Origin: Elusimicrobiota bacterium
Lineage (GTDB): Bacteria > Elusimicrobiota > Elusimicrobia > UBA1565 > UBA9628
DNA: 64,000 nucleotides
Direction: 5' to 3'
Assembly (NCBI GenBank): GCA_038060535.1
Contig: JBBTHA010000021.1
Location: 1,813-65,812 of the forward strand
A program made the translations under genes and the position numbers. Under the pieces are notes generated by a model that did no database searches, was not told the DNA's origin, and worked only from the letters and a program-made list of their open reading frames with translations. Shown here piece by piece: positions 55,522-64,000 of the stretch (its first letter is position 1; each line of letters begins with the position of its first letter).

Positions 55522-56673
55522 TCAAATGCGGGAGCGTGCGGCCCAAGCGGTCGGATCGCAGACTGTGAACTCAAGTCCGGCCAAACGGCGGACAGAGCCG
55601 TCGCCGGCGACCGGGCTGATGACGTAGTTTTTCCCGTTGGGATGAAGGGCGCGGAAAGCCTTCAGCCCGGCAGGATCGAAGTCACTGGAGTTCCACTTGC
55701 ATTCCAGGACATCGACGCGATCGCGGCCGTGAGGCAGGACGAAATCCAGTTCCCGACCGGCCTTGTCCCTCCAATAGCGTATATCCTCGTCGGGCCGACG
55801 CGCTTGCAGGTATTCAAGGGTCAGATGCTCCCAGAGCGCCCCGCAATCATCCGCACGGAGCGTGTCCCAGCCTCGTGTAAAACAGACGAAGCCGGTGTCG
55901 AAGGCGTAGACCTTCGGTGTCTTCACGAGTTCTTTTTGGCCGTTGCCGAAGAACGGACGCAGGATCGTCACGGCCTGAGTGATCTCCAGCGCGCGCAGAT
56001 GGGCGGTGATAGTGGGGCGGCTGATGCCGAGACCGGAAGCGGCCTTGGCCGCCTCGAAGAGGCCGCCGCTTTGGCGCAGGAGATACTCGAAGAGCGCGTT
56101 GAATTTTTCGGGGGCGTGGAAGGCGAAGAGACCTTGGACGTCGCGACTGAAGAAGGAATCGAGCCACTCCCGGTAGAAGCCCGGGTCCAACGTCTCGGCG
56201 AGCAAGGGCTGGGGAAGTCCGCCGTGAAGGAGGCGCTTCTTTAGGGTGGCTGCGCCAAAGTCTCCGAGTTCATCGAAAGCGACGGGGGTCAGGTGGACGG
56301 TTCTCTTGCGCCCCGTCAGCGTGTCGCGGAACTTGCGCGTGGCCGCGAGAGTGGAGGAGCCTGTGGCGAGAATTTTCAGCTTGGGGAACGCATCCGCGCC
56401 GATTTTAAGCACTCGGCTCGGGTCCTCGAGCTGATGGATCTCGTCGAAAACCACGATCTCGCGGCGGCATTCGCGGTAGAACAGTTCTGGATCGCGCAGC
56501 ATCTGTACGCTGGCCGGCAGATCGCAATTGACATAGTGGACGGATTCCGCGGGCAGGTCGCGCGTGAGCGTCGTCTTGCCCGAACGGCGCACCCCGCAAA
56601 GCCAAACAATCGGGGCCTTGGCCCAACTCTCACGGATGCGGGTGCTCCAAAGAGGTCTTTTTACCATAACCAT
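55522..56673 (-). CDS. AAA-domain ATPase with C-terminal DUF4143
   Basis: LCGVRRSGKTTL Walker A...VVFDEIH Walker B. C-terminal DUF4143-like region. Confidence 0.8.
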   Translation of the reverse strand: MVMVKRPLWSTRIRESWAKAPIVWLCGVRRSGKTTLTRDLPAESVHYVNCDLPASVQMLRDPELFYRECRREIVVFDEIHQLEDPSRVLKIGADAFPKLKILATGSSTLAATRKFRDTLTGRKRTVHLTPVAFDELGDFGAATLKKRLLHGGLPQPLLAETLDPGFYREWLDSFFSRDVQGLFAFHAPEKFNALFEYLLRQSGGLFEAAKAASGLGISRPTITAHLRALEITQAVTILRPFFGNGQKELVKTPKVYAFDTGFVCFTRGWDTLRADDCGALWEHLTLEYLQARRPDEDIRYWRDKAGRELDFVLPHGRDRVDVLECKWNSSDFDPAGLKAFRALHPNGKNYVISPVAGDGSVRRLAGLEFTVCDPTAWAARSRI

Positions 56674-56865
56674 ACTTTACATTTAGTCGTTAAAAAAGTA
56701 AAGTGCGATTACTCGTGGCCATCATGAGGTGCAGCTGGAAATCGAACATGGATAAATCTCAGAAGAGGGAGCGTTTCAATTGATTCGTAATCAAGAAGCT
56801 AAAATATAGTGTCGTTCGGCCATGGACCATGGATTGGATGTCGTTGTGATTGCTTGGAGGAAAAA

Positions 56866-56985
56866 ATGATGGTACGGCGCAGCGTGCTCGTCACCGCAAT
56901 CGTGGGAATTGCCGCGTCTTGGTCGTTGGCGGGAGCATCGGGCCGCACCCGGCGTCTATTCCTAAGACTGCCGCGGCGACGGTGA
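56866..56985 (+). CDS. Possible 39-aa membrane micro-protein (MMVRRSVLVTAIVGIAASWSLAGASGRTRRLFLRLPRRR)
   Basis: Not in the ORF track (<60 aa). GGAGG 6 nt upstream of ATG-ATG. Single hydrophobic helix plus Arg-rich tail. Confidence 0.3.
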   Translation: MMVRRSVLVTAIVGIAASWSLAGASGRTRRLFLRLPRRR

Positions 56986-57063
56986 TTTTTTATATTCTAA
57001 CGGCGCATGCTTGCGAGCAAGGATAATCCAACTCCCTCGTCGCGGAGAAAAAAGGGGCGGCGG

Positions 57064-57789
57064 ATGGGAGGCAAGGGCCTCCTTCTTGCGTCGGTCGCCG
57101 GGTTTTTCGCGCTGAATTTCGTCGTGCAAATCGTCCGCAAGCCGACCGAAATCCTGCGTTTCGCCGGCTTGGGCCGGGGCAGGTCTCCCGGCGGGACGTG
57201 GAGCGAATTCGGCGCCGACTGCCTGCGTTACGAGGGCGGAGCGATCACCGCCGAGTATCTCGCGGCGCTGATCCAAGTGGAAAGCTCCGGAGACCGCTTC
57301 GCCGCTCCGCCGTGGAGGTGGAGGTGGTCGCTCGACCCCTGGAGGGTGTACGCTCCCCCCTCGAGCGCTGTGGGGGTGCTGCAAATCACGAAGGGAAACC
57401 TCGGGGCCGCTCGCTCGATGGTCGGGCGAGACGACGACTCCGACGGTTGCGCGATCATGGGACAATGCATTCGTCTCATCGGGTCCGACTCCATCGCCAT
57501 GACCTCGGCGTTTCTGCAGTCCCGGGTACGGGCCTCGCTCGCGGGCCAGGGGCGGCAGGCGTCCGTGCGGGACAAGCAAGTGCTGGCGGCCGTCATTCAC
57601 CTGTGCGGTCCCAATAAAGGCCCCGCCCTCGTGCGCGCCAATTTCGATCCGGATTCCCTGGGAACCTGCGGGGGCCAGTCCGTGGGCTCCTATGTGCGTC
57701 TTGTGATGAAGTACCGCGAGCAATTCTCGCGTTTGGCGCTCGTCGACAAGAACCAAGCCGCGCGCGCGCGCGGATCAGGAATGGGGTGA
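57064..57789 (+). CDS. Membrane-anchored lytic transglycosylase (SLT domain)-like protein
   Basis: Start at the internal ATG (MGGKGLLLASVAGFFALNFV). ALIQVESSGDRF...VGVLQITKGN resembles the SLT catalytic ES...GLMQ motif. Confidence 0.6.
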   Translation: MGGKGLLLASVAGFFALNFVVQIVRKPTEILRFAGLGRGRSPGGTWSEFGADCLRYEGGAITAEYLAALIQVESSGDRFAAPPWRWRWSLDPWRVYAPPSSAVGVLQITKGNLGAARSMVGRDDDSDGCAIMGQCIRLIGSDSIAMTSAFLQSRVRASLAGQGRQASVRDKQVLAAVIHLCGPNKGPALVRANFDPDSLGTCGGQSVGSYVRLVMKYREQFSRLALVDKNQAARARGSGMG

Positions 57790-57835
57790 CCATGAAATCC
57801 GCCATCATCGCGCTCATCGCGGCGCTGGACTAGCC

Positions 57836-57860
57836 CGGAAACGGCTGTGTTTCCGTCTTT
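57836..57860 (+). terminator. Possible intrinsic terminator (CGGAAAC-ggctgt-GTTTCCG then TCTTT)
   Basis: 7-bp stem with a short weak T tract. Confidence 0.3.
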
Positions 57861-57998
57861 GGACTCGAGAAACATCCTCGGTGAATGTCCAGCGGGCCGT
57901 TGGGAGCACCGACGGGTCATGGCAATGCGGCCGCCAAGAATGATACGGTTTGCGTGACGGTGTCGTTGGGCGGCTGAACGTTATGGAAGGGGGTTTCT

Positions 57999-58325
57999 AT
58001 GATGCATCCGATGGGCGGCGGTTGCGGTCACATGAGCGGCGCGTTGATGGCGGCGACGGCCGCGTTGGGCTGGTGGATCTTGCGCCAGGCTGAAAAGGAT
58101 GCTTCCCTGACGCGCTGGGCGGGACGCGCCGTGGGCTGGGCGCTGGCCATAGTCGGCTTGGGCGGCTTTCTCTGCGCGGCGGCCAATCACGCCAAGCGTT
58201 TGAGCTCCTGCGGAGGCCAATCGACGTCGAAATGCGCTCACCATGGGCGAATGGGCGACGGCTTGCCCCCCGGACATCCTCTGGTCGAGAGCCTGCCCGC
58301 CGAGGTTGGCAAGCACGGCAAATAG
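57999..58325 (+). CDS. Small hypothetical membrane protein
   Basis: GGAAGGGGG RBS-like sequence before ATG. Two hydrophobic helices. His/Cys-rich loop. Confidence 0.4.
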   Translation: MMHPMGGGCGHMSGALMAATAALGWWILRQAEKDASLTRWAGRAVGWALAIVGLGGFLCAAANHAKRLSSCGGQSTSKCAHHGRMGDGLPPGHPLVESLPAEVGKHGK

Positions 58326-58333
58326 CCTCAGGC

Positions 58334-59104
58334 ATGCTCCCGCGAGAGCACGGCGCATGGGCGGTTCTCATCGCGCCGGTGTTGTTGGGCCTTTTTTCAA
58401 CCGGCGCGGCTGATATCCCGGCGGCGGTCCTGTTTTGCATCGGCGCCTTGGGGGCTTTTTTGACGCGGCCGGCCCTGCTGGCCTTGTTGCGGCCCGCGCC
58501 TGATCCCAAAGCCCGCGCCTGGTTGGCGGCTTACGCCGCCCTCGCGGCGGCCGGGTTCATCCCCCTGGTTCTCGTGTATGAGCGGACGCTGCTTCTGGCT
58601 TTCGCGGCGCCGGCGGCGTTCTTGCTGGCCGCCGATGTTCGCGCCCAGCTCGCGCGGCGCGCGCTCAGCTTGACTAATGAGCTCGGCGGAGTGGCGGCGC
58701 TGAGCATGGGCGCGGCGGCGGCGCGCTACGCCGCGCAGGGGACGCTGGATTTTCGGGCCTGGTCGTTGTGGGCGCTGAGCGCGCTGTTTTTTTGCGGACC
58801 GATCTTCTACGTCAAGATGGTCGCTCTGGCGCACCGCGCCTGCTCGGACCCCTCCCAGGGCGCGCGTTTGGAGCGCGCGCGGCGGCTGGCGCTCGTCTAT
58901 CACCTCGCCGCGCCGCTGGCCGTTTTCGCCCTGCCTCTCGATTTTCCGCGGCTGAGCCTCCTGCCGTTTGCGGCGGCCTTGGTCAAGACGGTGCTGCGCG
59001 CTCTGCGCCCGCCCGAGAAGGTGAACTTTCAAAGTCTGGGTTATCGGGAAGTGGCGTATTCGGCGCTGTTTGTGGCCGCCGTGCTGGTGGGTTATCGCGC
59101 GTAA
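58334..59104 (+). CDS. Polytopic membrane protein, YwiC-like
   Basis: Start at the internal ATG (MLPREHGAWAVLIAPVLLGL). ~7 TM helices. The family call is from memory only. Confidence 0.5.
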   Translation: MLPREHGAWAVLIAPVLLGLFSTGAADIPAAVLFCIGALGAFLTRPALLALLRPAPDPKARAWLAAYAALAAAGFIPLVLVYERTLLLAFAAPAAFLLAADVRAQLARRALSLTNELGGVAALSMGAAAARYAAQGTLDFRAWSLWALSALFFCGPIFYVKMVALAHRACSDPSQGARLERARRLALVYHLAAPLAVFALPLDFPRLSLLPFAAALVKTVLRALRPPEKVNFQSLGYREVAYSALFVAAVLVGYRA

Positions 59105-59125
59105 ACGGACGCACAGGAGGATGTC

Positions 59126-60166
59126 ATGACGCTTCAAGAATTGGGCAGGCTGCTGGGATTTGAGATCAAGGGCGACGCCGGGTACCTCGTCAAGGGCTTG
59201 CGCGATATCGAACGGCTGTCGAGCGGCGCTCCGCTTGAGGAAAACTATCTGTACTTCGTCGAGTCCAAGGCGGTGTTCAAGCGGCACGCCGGCGGTTTCG
59301 ACACGGGCGCCGTTCTGACGACGGCCGAGCTGGCCGTCAATTTTCCGCGCGCCTTGATCGCGGGAACGGACGCCCGGTTGGCCTTTTTCGCCGTGCTCGC
59401 GCACTTCGACCGCGCGCCGAAGTTCGCGCCCGGGGTGTCCCCCCGCGCGATCGTCGATGCCTCCGCGGAGGTCGCGCCGACGGCCAGCATAGGGCCGGGT
59501 GCCGTCGTGATGGAAGGCGCGCGCATCGGCCAACGCGCCGTGATCTACCCCGGAGCCGTCATCGAGCCCGGGGCCGTCGTCGGCGCGGACTCCGTGATTC
59601 ATTCAAACGCGGTGATCGGCCACGGCTGCGTCGTGGGCCAGCGCTGCATCATCCACGGCGCAACGGTCATCGGCGCCGACGGCTTCGGCTTTTACGACCG
59701 CCCCGGCGTGCGCCACAAGGTCCCTCACATCGGGAACGTGGTCATCGATGACGACGTGGAATTGGGCGCGTCCTGCACCGTCGACCGCGCGGTCATCGAG
59801 AGCACGACCATCGGCGCTCACACCAAGCTCGACGACCAGGTCCATGTCGGGCACAACTGCCGGGTCGGACGCTACGTTTACATCGTCGGCAACAGCGCGT
59901 TGGGCGGATCCGTCATCGTTGAGGATGGGGCGATGCTCTCGGGCATGGTCATCGTCAAGGATCACCTGAAAATCGCGGCGGGCTCGATCGTCATGGGCAT
60001 GTCGGCCGTCGCCCAGGACACCGAGGCGCGCCAGCATTATTTCGGCATTCCCGCGCGGCCGGCGCGCGAGATGCATAAAATGAACGCGGCTCTGACGCGC
60101 CTGCCGGAGATGCTCGGAAAGATGCGCGAGGTCGAAGCCCGCCTGGCCGAGGCCGGCGCCAAATAG
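59126..60166 (+). CDS. lpxD: UDP-3-O-(3-hydroxyacyl)glucosamine N-acyltransferase
   Basis: Left-handed beta-helix hexapeptide repeats. LpxD N-terminal domain. Catalytic-His region HSNAVIGHGCVVG. Confidence 0.9.
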   Translation: MTLQELGRLLGFEIKGDAGYLVKGLRDIERLSSGAPLEENYLYFVESKAVFKRHAGGFDTGAVLTTAELAVNFPRALIAGTDARLAFFAVLAHFDRAPKFAPGVSPRAIVDASAEVAPTASIGPGAVVMEGARIGQRAVIYPGAVIEPGAVVGADSVIHSNAVIGHGCVVGQRCIIHGATVIGADGFGFYDRPGVRHKVPHIGNVVIDDDVELGASCTVDRAVIESTTIGAHTKLDDQVHVGHNCRVGRYVYIVGNSALGGSVIVEDGAMLSGMVIVKDHLKIAAGSIVMGMSAVAQDTEARQHYFGIPARPAREMHKMNAALTRLPEMLGKMREVEARLAEAGAK

Positions 60167-60227
60167 GGCCCTCGACAGGAGGGCCGGGATGTGTGCTAGG
60201 ATGAGTGACTAACCGGTCAGTCACCTT

Positions 60228-60845
60228 ATGGCGCACATGCCCACCATCAAACCCGTCACGCGCGACCCTGACTCCAAAAAGAGGATGATTTTGGCCGCGG
60301 CCTTGCGCCTGCTCGTCAAGCGAGGCTTTCAGGACATCGTGCTCGACGACGTCGCCCATGAAGCGGGCGTGGCCAAGGGGACGCTGTTCTTGCATTACAA
60401 GAGCAAGGAAGAGCTGTTGAGCGCGGCCTTCGCGGACTTGGTCGACGGTCTTGGCCTGGAGCTCGAGTCCCTGGCCAAGGCGGGATTGAGCGGCAAGGAG
60501 CTCCTGGTCGCCACGGCCAAGGTGGTGCTCAATCATTTCGACCACAGCCGGGATTTCATGGCGCAGTTCAGCACCGGGCGTTTCCCCGGCTGCGGAGTGC
60601 GTTCCTGCGGCAAGTTGATGGACAAATACAGAGCCAACCAGGCTCGCCTGCGCTCGCTGCTGGCTTTGGCTTCCAAGGATGCGGGCCGATCGGTCGGCGA
60701 CTTGGACTTCGCCGTCGGAGCTTTTTTCGGCCTGTGCCGCGCCGCGACGATGCGCAAAATATTGGACAATCACGACCGGCCGTTGGAACAAGAGGGCGAG
60801 CGCGTCGTCGGCTTCTTTCTCGAGGGAAGCGGGTTGTCGATATGA
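60228..60845 (+). CDS. TetR/AcrR-family transcriptional regulator
   Basis: KKRMILAAALRLLVKRGFQDIVLDDVAHEAGVAKGTLFLHYKSKEEL. Confidence 0.85.
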   Translation: MAHMPTIKPVTRDPDSKKRMILAAALRLLVKRGFQDIVLDDVAHEAGVAKGTLFLHYKSKEELLSAAFADLVDGLGLELESLAKAGLSGKELLVATAKVVLNHFDHSRDFMAQFSTGRFPGCGVRSCGKLMDKYRANQARLRSLLALASKDAGRSVGDLDFAVGAFFGLCRAATMRKILDNHDRPLEQEGERVVGFFLEGSGLSI

Positions 60846-62101
60846 AATATCTTCTACTGGCCGCCGCGTGTCTTTTCTCCCCCCGCGCCCTGGGCGCGAC
60901 GCGGACGCTGACCCTGTCGGAGGCGTATCGCTTGGCGTTGGCCCACAGCGAGCAGGTGGCTCTGAGCGCGGAAAACCACGAGGAGCTCGTCGCCAAGGCC
61001 GAGGAGATATTTTCCAACATCCTGCCGCGCGTTTCGGTCATGGGCTCTGAGACGCTCCAGCACGTTCCCTCGGGACAGTCGAATCAGTTCATCCAGGGAC
61101 ACCGCGAGCAGGGCTGGATCTCCGCCCACCAGCCGCTGTTCGCCGGGTTCCGGGAGTTTCTCGCCTATCGCGCCTCCAAGATGCAGGGAGAGTCCGGCGA
61201 GCTCATGCTGGAGCGGGTCAAGCATCTGCTGTATTTGGACGTGGCGCGCTCATTTCTGGACCTGCGCGGAGCGCAAAATGAGATTGAATTGCGCCAGGCG
61301 CTGGTCGGGGTGACCCGGGACCGCATCAAGGAGCTGACCTCGCGCATCGCGGTCGGCCGGTCGCGGCGCGGGGAACTCTTGGCCGCCGAATCGGCGCTGG
61401 CCTCGGCGCTGGCGTTCGTCGAGCAGGCCCGCGCCAAGGAGCGGGCCGCGCTGTCTCGATTGTGTTTTTTGACCGGCACGGAGGAGACCGAGCTCGTCCC
61501 CGTCGAACCCTCCTTGGCGCGCGAGGTTCCCGACCTCGACGCCCTATTGCGCAGGGCCCGCGCGCGTCCGGACGTGGCCGCCAAGAAGGCCGAGGCTCGG
61601 GCCGCCGAGCTGGCCGCGACGATCGTGTCTCGCCGGCGATGGCCGAGCCTCGCGCTCGACGCGAACTATTACCTTCACCGTCCCCCCAGCTTCACCGACC
61701 GGGTGAAATGGGACGCGGCGATCACCGGCTCGCTTCCTCTCTACGCGGGCGGTGAAATATCGGCCCAGACGCGCCAGCAGGCTGCCAGGCTGCGGGCGGC
61801 CAAGCAGGCGTTGGCTTTGGCCGAGCGCACGGCCGAGCTCGAGGCGCGCATCGCGCGCGAGGATCTCAAGACGTCGGCGCGGGTCGTGTCGTCTCTGGCC
61901 GCGGCCGCCGACGCCGCGCAAGCCGACGCCAAGTCCCAGGCCGAGGATTACCGTCTGGGGCAGGTGAGCAACCTCGACGTTTTCGCCAGCCTCAACGCGC
62001 TGTGGCAGACGCGGCTGGGCCTCGATCAAGCGCGCCTGGAGTCCACCTGGGCGCGCGTTCGCTTGGAAGTCGCGGCGGGCTCTCCCGGAGGTCCTCTATG
62101 A
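60842..62101 (+). CDS. TolC-family outer-membrane efflux protein
   Basis: Start at the internal ATG 60842 (MKYLLLAAACLFSPRALGA), which overlaps the tetR stop (ATGA). OEP repeats. Confidence 0.85.
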   Translation: MKYLLLAAACLFSPRALGATRTLTLSEAYRLALAHSEQVALSAENHEELVAKAEEIFSNILPRVSVMGSETLQHVPSGQSNQFIQGHREQGWISAHQPLFAGFREFLAYRASKMQGESGELMLERVKHLLYLDVARSFLDLRGAQNEIELRQALVGVTRDRIKELTSRIAVGRSRRGELLAAESALASALAFVEQARAKERAALSRLCFLTGTEETELVPVEPSLAREVPDLDALLRRARARPDVAAKKAEARAAELAATIVSRRRWPSLALDANYYLHRPPSFTDRVKWDAAITGSLPLYAGGEISAQTRQQAARLRAAKQALALAERTAELEARIAREDLKTSARVVSSLAAAADAAQADAKSQAEDYRLGQVSNLDVFASLNALWQTRLGLDQARLESTWARVRLEVAAGSPGGPL

Positions 62102-64000
62102 TCCTCTCCGATCTTTCGATCAAGAACCCCGTTTTCGCCTGGATGCTGATGTTCAGTCTCATGATTTTCGGCTGGATCAGTTTCGGCCGCATGGGTGTGA
62201 GCCAGATGCCCGACGTCGATTTCCCCATCGTCAACATCGCCGTGACCTGGGAAGGCGCGGCGCCGGAGATCATGGAAGCGGAGGTCGTCGACGTCATCGA
62301 GGACGCGGTGACCGCCGTTCAGGGAGTCAAGGAGATCACCTCTTCGTCCAAACAGGGGCAGGCCTCGATCACCGTCGAGCTCGATCTCGACCGCGACGTG
62401 GACGTCGCCCTGCAGGACATCCAAACCAAGATCGCCCAAGCCCAGCAGCGCCTGCCTCGGGAGATCGATCCTCCCATCGTGACCAAGGTCAACCCGGAGG
62501 ACAACCCGATCATGTGGCTTGCCTTGTCCGGGGACGTGCCGGTCAAAGACATCATGGTCTACGCCCAAGACGTGTTGAAAGCCAAGTTCCAGACCGTCGC
62601 GGGGGTGGGCGACATCATTCTCGGAGGCCTGGTGCCTCGCAATTTGCGCGTGTGGGTGGACGGCGAAAAGCTCAGACGCTATGAAATCACCGTCGAGGAC
62701 GTGCTGGCCGCGATTGGCCGCGAGCATGCCGAGGTCCCCGCCGGGCAAATCGAGACCGCGCAGAAAGAGTTCAATGTCCGCACCCTGGGAGAAATCTCGG
62801 ACCCGGCGCAGTTCGGGGAACTTTTGATCACGCAGCGCGGCGGCGCGGTGATCAACGTTCCCATTCCTCTCAAGGCCGTGGCGCGCATCGAAGACGGCTT
62901 GGCCGACATGCGCCGCATCTCCCGCGTCAACGGCAAGCGCGCGGTGGGATTGGGCATACGCAAGCAGCGCGGCGCCAACGCCGTCGAGATCGCCGAGCGC
63001 GTCAAGAAGAAAATGAAGGAAATCGAGCCGACTTTGCCCAAGGGCATGAGCCTGGGCGTCAATTTCGATTCGACGCGCTTCATCAAGCAGTCCGTTTCCG
63101 AGCTCGCGCATCACCTGGTGCTGGCCGCCTTGCTGACCTCCCTGGTGTGTTGGGTGTTCCTGGGTTCATGGTCGTCGACGGTCAACGTGCTCTTGGCGAT
63201 TCCGACGTCCGTGCTGGGCACGTTCATCGTGACCTACTTTCTGGGCTTTACCCTCAACAGCTTCACTTTGCTCGCGCTGACGCTGTCGATCGGCATCGTC
63301 GTCGACGACGCGATCATGGTCCTGGAAAACATCGTGCGCTACGCCGAAAAAGGGCGCGACCGCGTCTTGGCGTCGGTGATCGGCGCGCGGGAAATCTCGT
63401 TTGCCGCCATGGCGGCCACGGTGGCGGTGCTGGCGATTTTCATCCCGGTCGTTTTCATGAAAGGGATCATCGGAAAGTTCTTTTTCCAATTCGGGGTCAC
63501 GATCTCGGCGGCGGTGAGCTTCTCCCTATTGGAGGCCCTGACGCTGACCCCCATGAGATGTTCGCGGTTTTTGGAGACATCCGGCCACGGCAACGCGTTG
63601 ATTCGAAGGGTCGACGGCCTGTTCAGGGCCTTGGCCCGCTCCTACTCGGCCGCTCTGGAGCGCGCGCTCGACCGTCGCTGGACGGTCGTGGCCCTGGGCG
63701 CTTTGTTTTTCGGTTTGTCCCTGATTTCCGTCAAGTACCTCAAAAAAGAATTCGTGCCTCCGCAGGATCAATCGATGTTCTTGATGCGCCTGCAAACTCC
63801 GGTGGGTTCATCCATGGAATTCACGAGCGAACGCTTCAAGGAGGCCGAGAGCTGGCTGATGTCCCAGCCCGCGGTGGCCCGGTATTACGGCGCGGTCGGC
63901 GGTTTCGGCGGCGGAGAGGTCAACGCGGGCATGATGTTCGTCACGATGAAGCCCCTCGAGGACCGCCCCAGGAAGCCGGACGGATCCAAGGTCACCCAGG
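62098..64000 (+). CDS. RND efflux permease (AcrB/HAE1-like), 5' portion, open to the window end
   Basis: Not in the ORF track (no stop in window). GGAGG-tcctct-ATG overlaps the TolC-like stop. MILSDLSIKNPVFAWMLMFSLMIFGWISFGRMGVSQMPDVDFPIVNIAVTWEGAAPEIMEAEVVDVIEDAV is a classic RND N-terminus. Confidence 0.85.
   Translation, partial: MILSDLSIKNPVFAWMLMFSLMIFGWISFGRMGVSQMPDVDFPIVNIAVTWEGAAPEIMEAEVVDVIEDAVTAVQGVKEITSSSKQGQASITVELDLDRDVDVALQDIQTKIAQAQQRLPREIDPPIVTKVNPEDNPIMWLALSGDVPVKDIMVYAQDVLKAKFQTVAGVGDIILGGLVPRNLRVWVDGEKLRRYEITVEDVLAAIGREHAEVPAGQIETAQKEFNVRTLGEISDPAQFGELLITQRGGAVINVPIPLKAVARIEDGLADMRRISRVNGKRAVGLGIRKQRGANAVEIAERVKKKMKEIEPTLPKGMSLGVNFDSTRFIKQSVSELAHHLVLAALLTSLVCWVFLGSWSSTVNVLLAIPTSVLGTFIVTYFLGFTLNSFTLLALTLSIGIVVDDAIMVLENIVRYAEKGRDRVLASVIGAREISFAAMAATVAVLAIFIPVVFMKGIIGKFFFQFGVTISAAVSFSLLEALTLTPMRCSRFLETSGHGNALIRRVDGLFRALARSYSAALERALDRRWTVVALGALFFGLSLISVKYLKKEFVPPQDQSMFLMRLQTPVGSSMEFTSERFKEAESWLMSQPAVARYYGAVGGFGGGEVNAGMMFVTMKPLEDRPRKPDGSKVTQ

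Noticed and set aside
62026-63114. 362-aa minus-strand ORF
   Set aside because: Antisense to the window-end RND permease gene, whose N-terminus is canonical.
1-64000. CRISPR arrays, rRNA genes, IS elements
   Set aside because: No regularly spaced short repeats, no rRNA-like conserved stretches, and no transposase-like ORFs or terminal inverted repeats were seen. The only tandem repeats found are intragenic (tonB, the Gly-rich protein, the fnr-downstream ORF).

Overview
High-G+C sequence from a diderm bacterium (LpxD, TolC-family, ExbB/ExbD and RND-efflux genes present); no taxon could be assigned from sequence alone. Gene density is high. About half the window is ordinary housekeeping or envelope genes, in order along the window. 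A TonB / TPR protein / ExbB / ExbD / ExbD / secreted-protein operon lies on the minus strand, and the TonB gene has 3x150-bp in-frame tandem repeats. A split transketolase follows (N- and C-terminal subunit genes), then a nucleoside-salvage trio (purine-nucleoside phosphorylase, thymidine/pyrimidine-nucleoside phosphorylase, upp). Next is an FNR-type regulator followed by a small Cys-repeat ORF and a clean intrinsic terminator. After the tRNA-linked cluster described below come a spermidine-synthase-like membrane protein and acetate kinase (ackA). An AT-rich island, a LysR (NhaR-like) regulator and an arsR-arsC-acr3 operon with an obvious promoter and dyad operator follow. A long minus-strand run then carries AI-2E permease, a P2-type P-type ATPase, a His-rich periplasmic protein and a TolC-like / membrane-fusion-protein / HME-RND metal-efflux set. 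The right end holds a DUF808 protein, a class II ribonucleotide reductase (nrdJ), a NACHT-family STAND NTPase, a DUF4143 AAA ATPase, an SLT transglycosylase, lpxD, and a tetR / TolC-like / RND-permease cluster (RND gene partial at the window end). The most unusual part is a ~15-kb co-directional minus-strand cluster starting right next to tRNA-His (about 13.9 to 29.2 kb). It contains a PorV-like outer-membrane beta-barrel gene one nucleotide downstream of a T9SS-type C-terminal sorting domain, and a ~2,200-aa surface protein (HExxH protease-like head, Ig-like repeats, NHL propeller, T9SS-like C-terminal domain) interrupted by one in-frame TAG. It also holds two small secreted hypothetical proteins, a 1,509-aa Gly-rich beta-helix/DUF11 protein with a ~407-bp near-identical internal duplication, and a visibly lower-G+C tail with a lipoprotein and a tandem-HTH XRE regulator that lacks a canonical start codon. 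Other candidates worth a second look are the NACHT NTPase with an uncharacterised N-terminal region, a near-identical 17-bp motif placed immediately before the start codons of both lysR and arsR, and a ~100-bp AT-rich island with repeated ATGTAGCA motifs. No CRISPR array, rRNA, transposase or integrase was recognised. Hand-derived coordinates, especially for RNA and regulatory elements, may be off by 1-2 nt.
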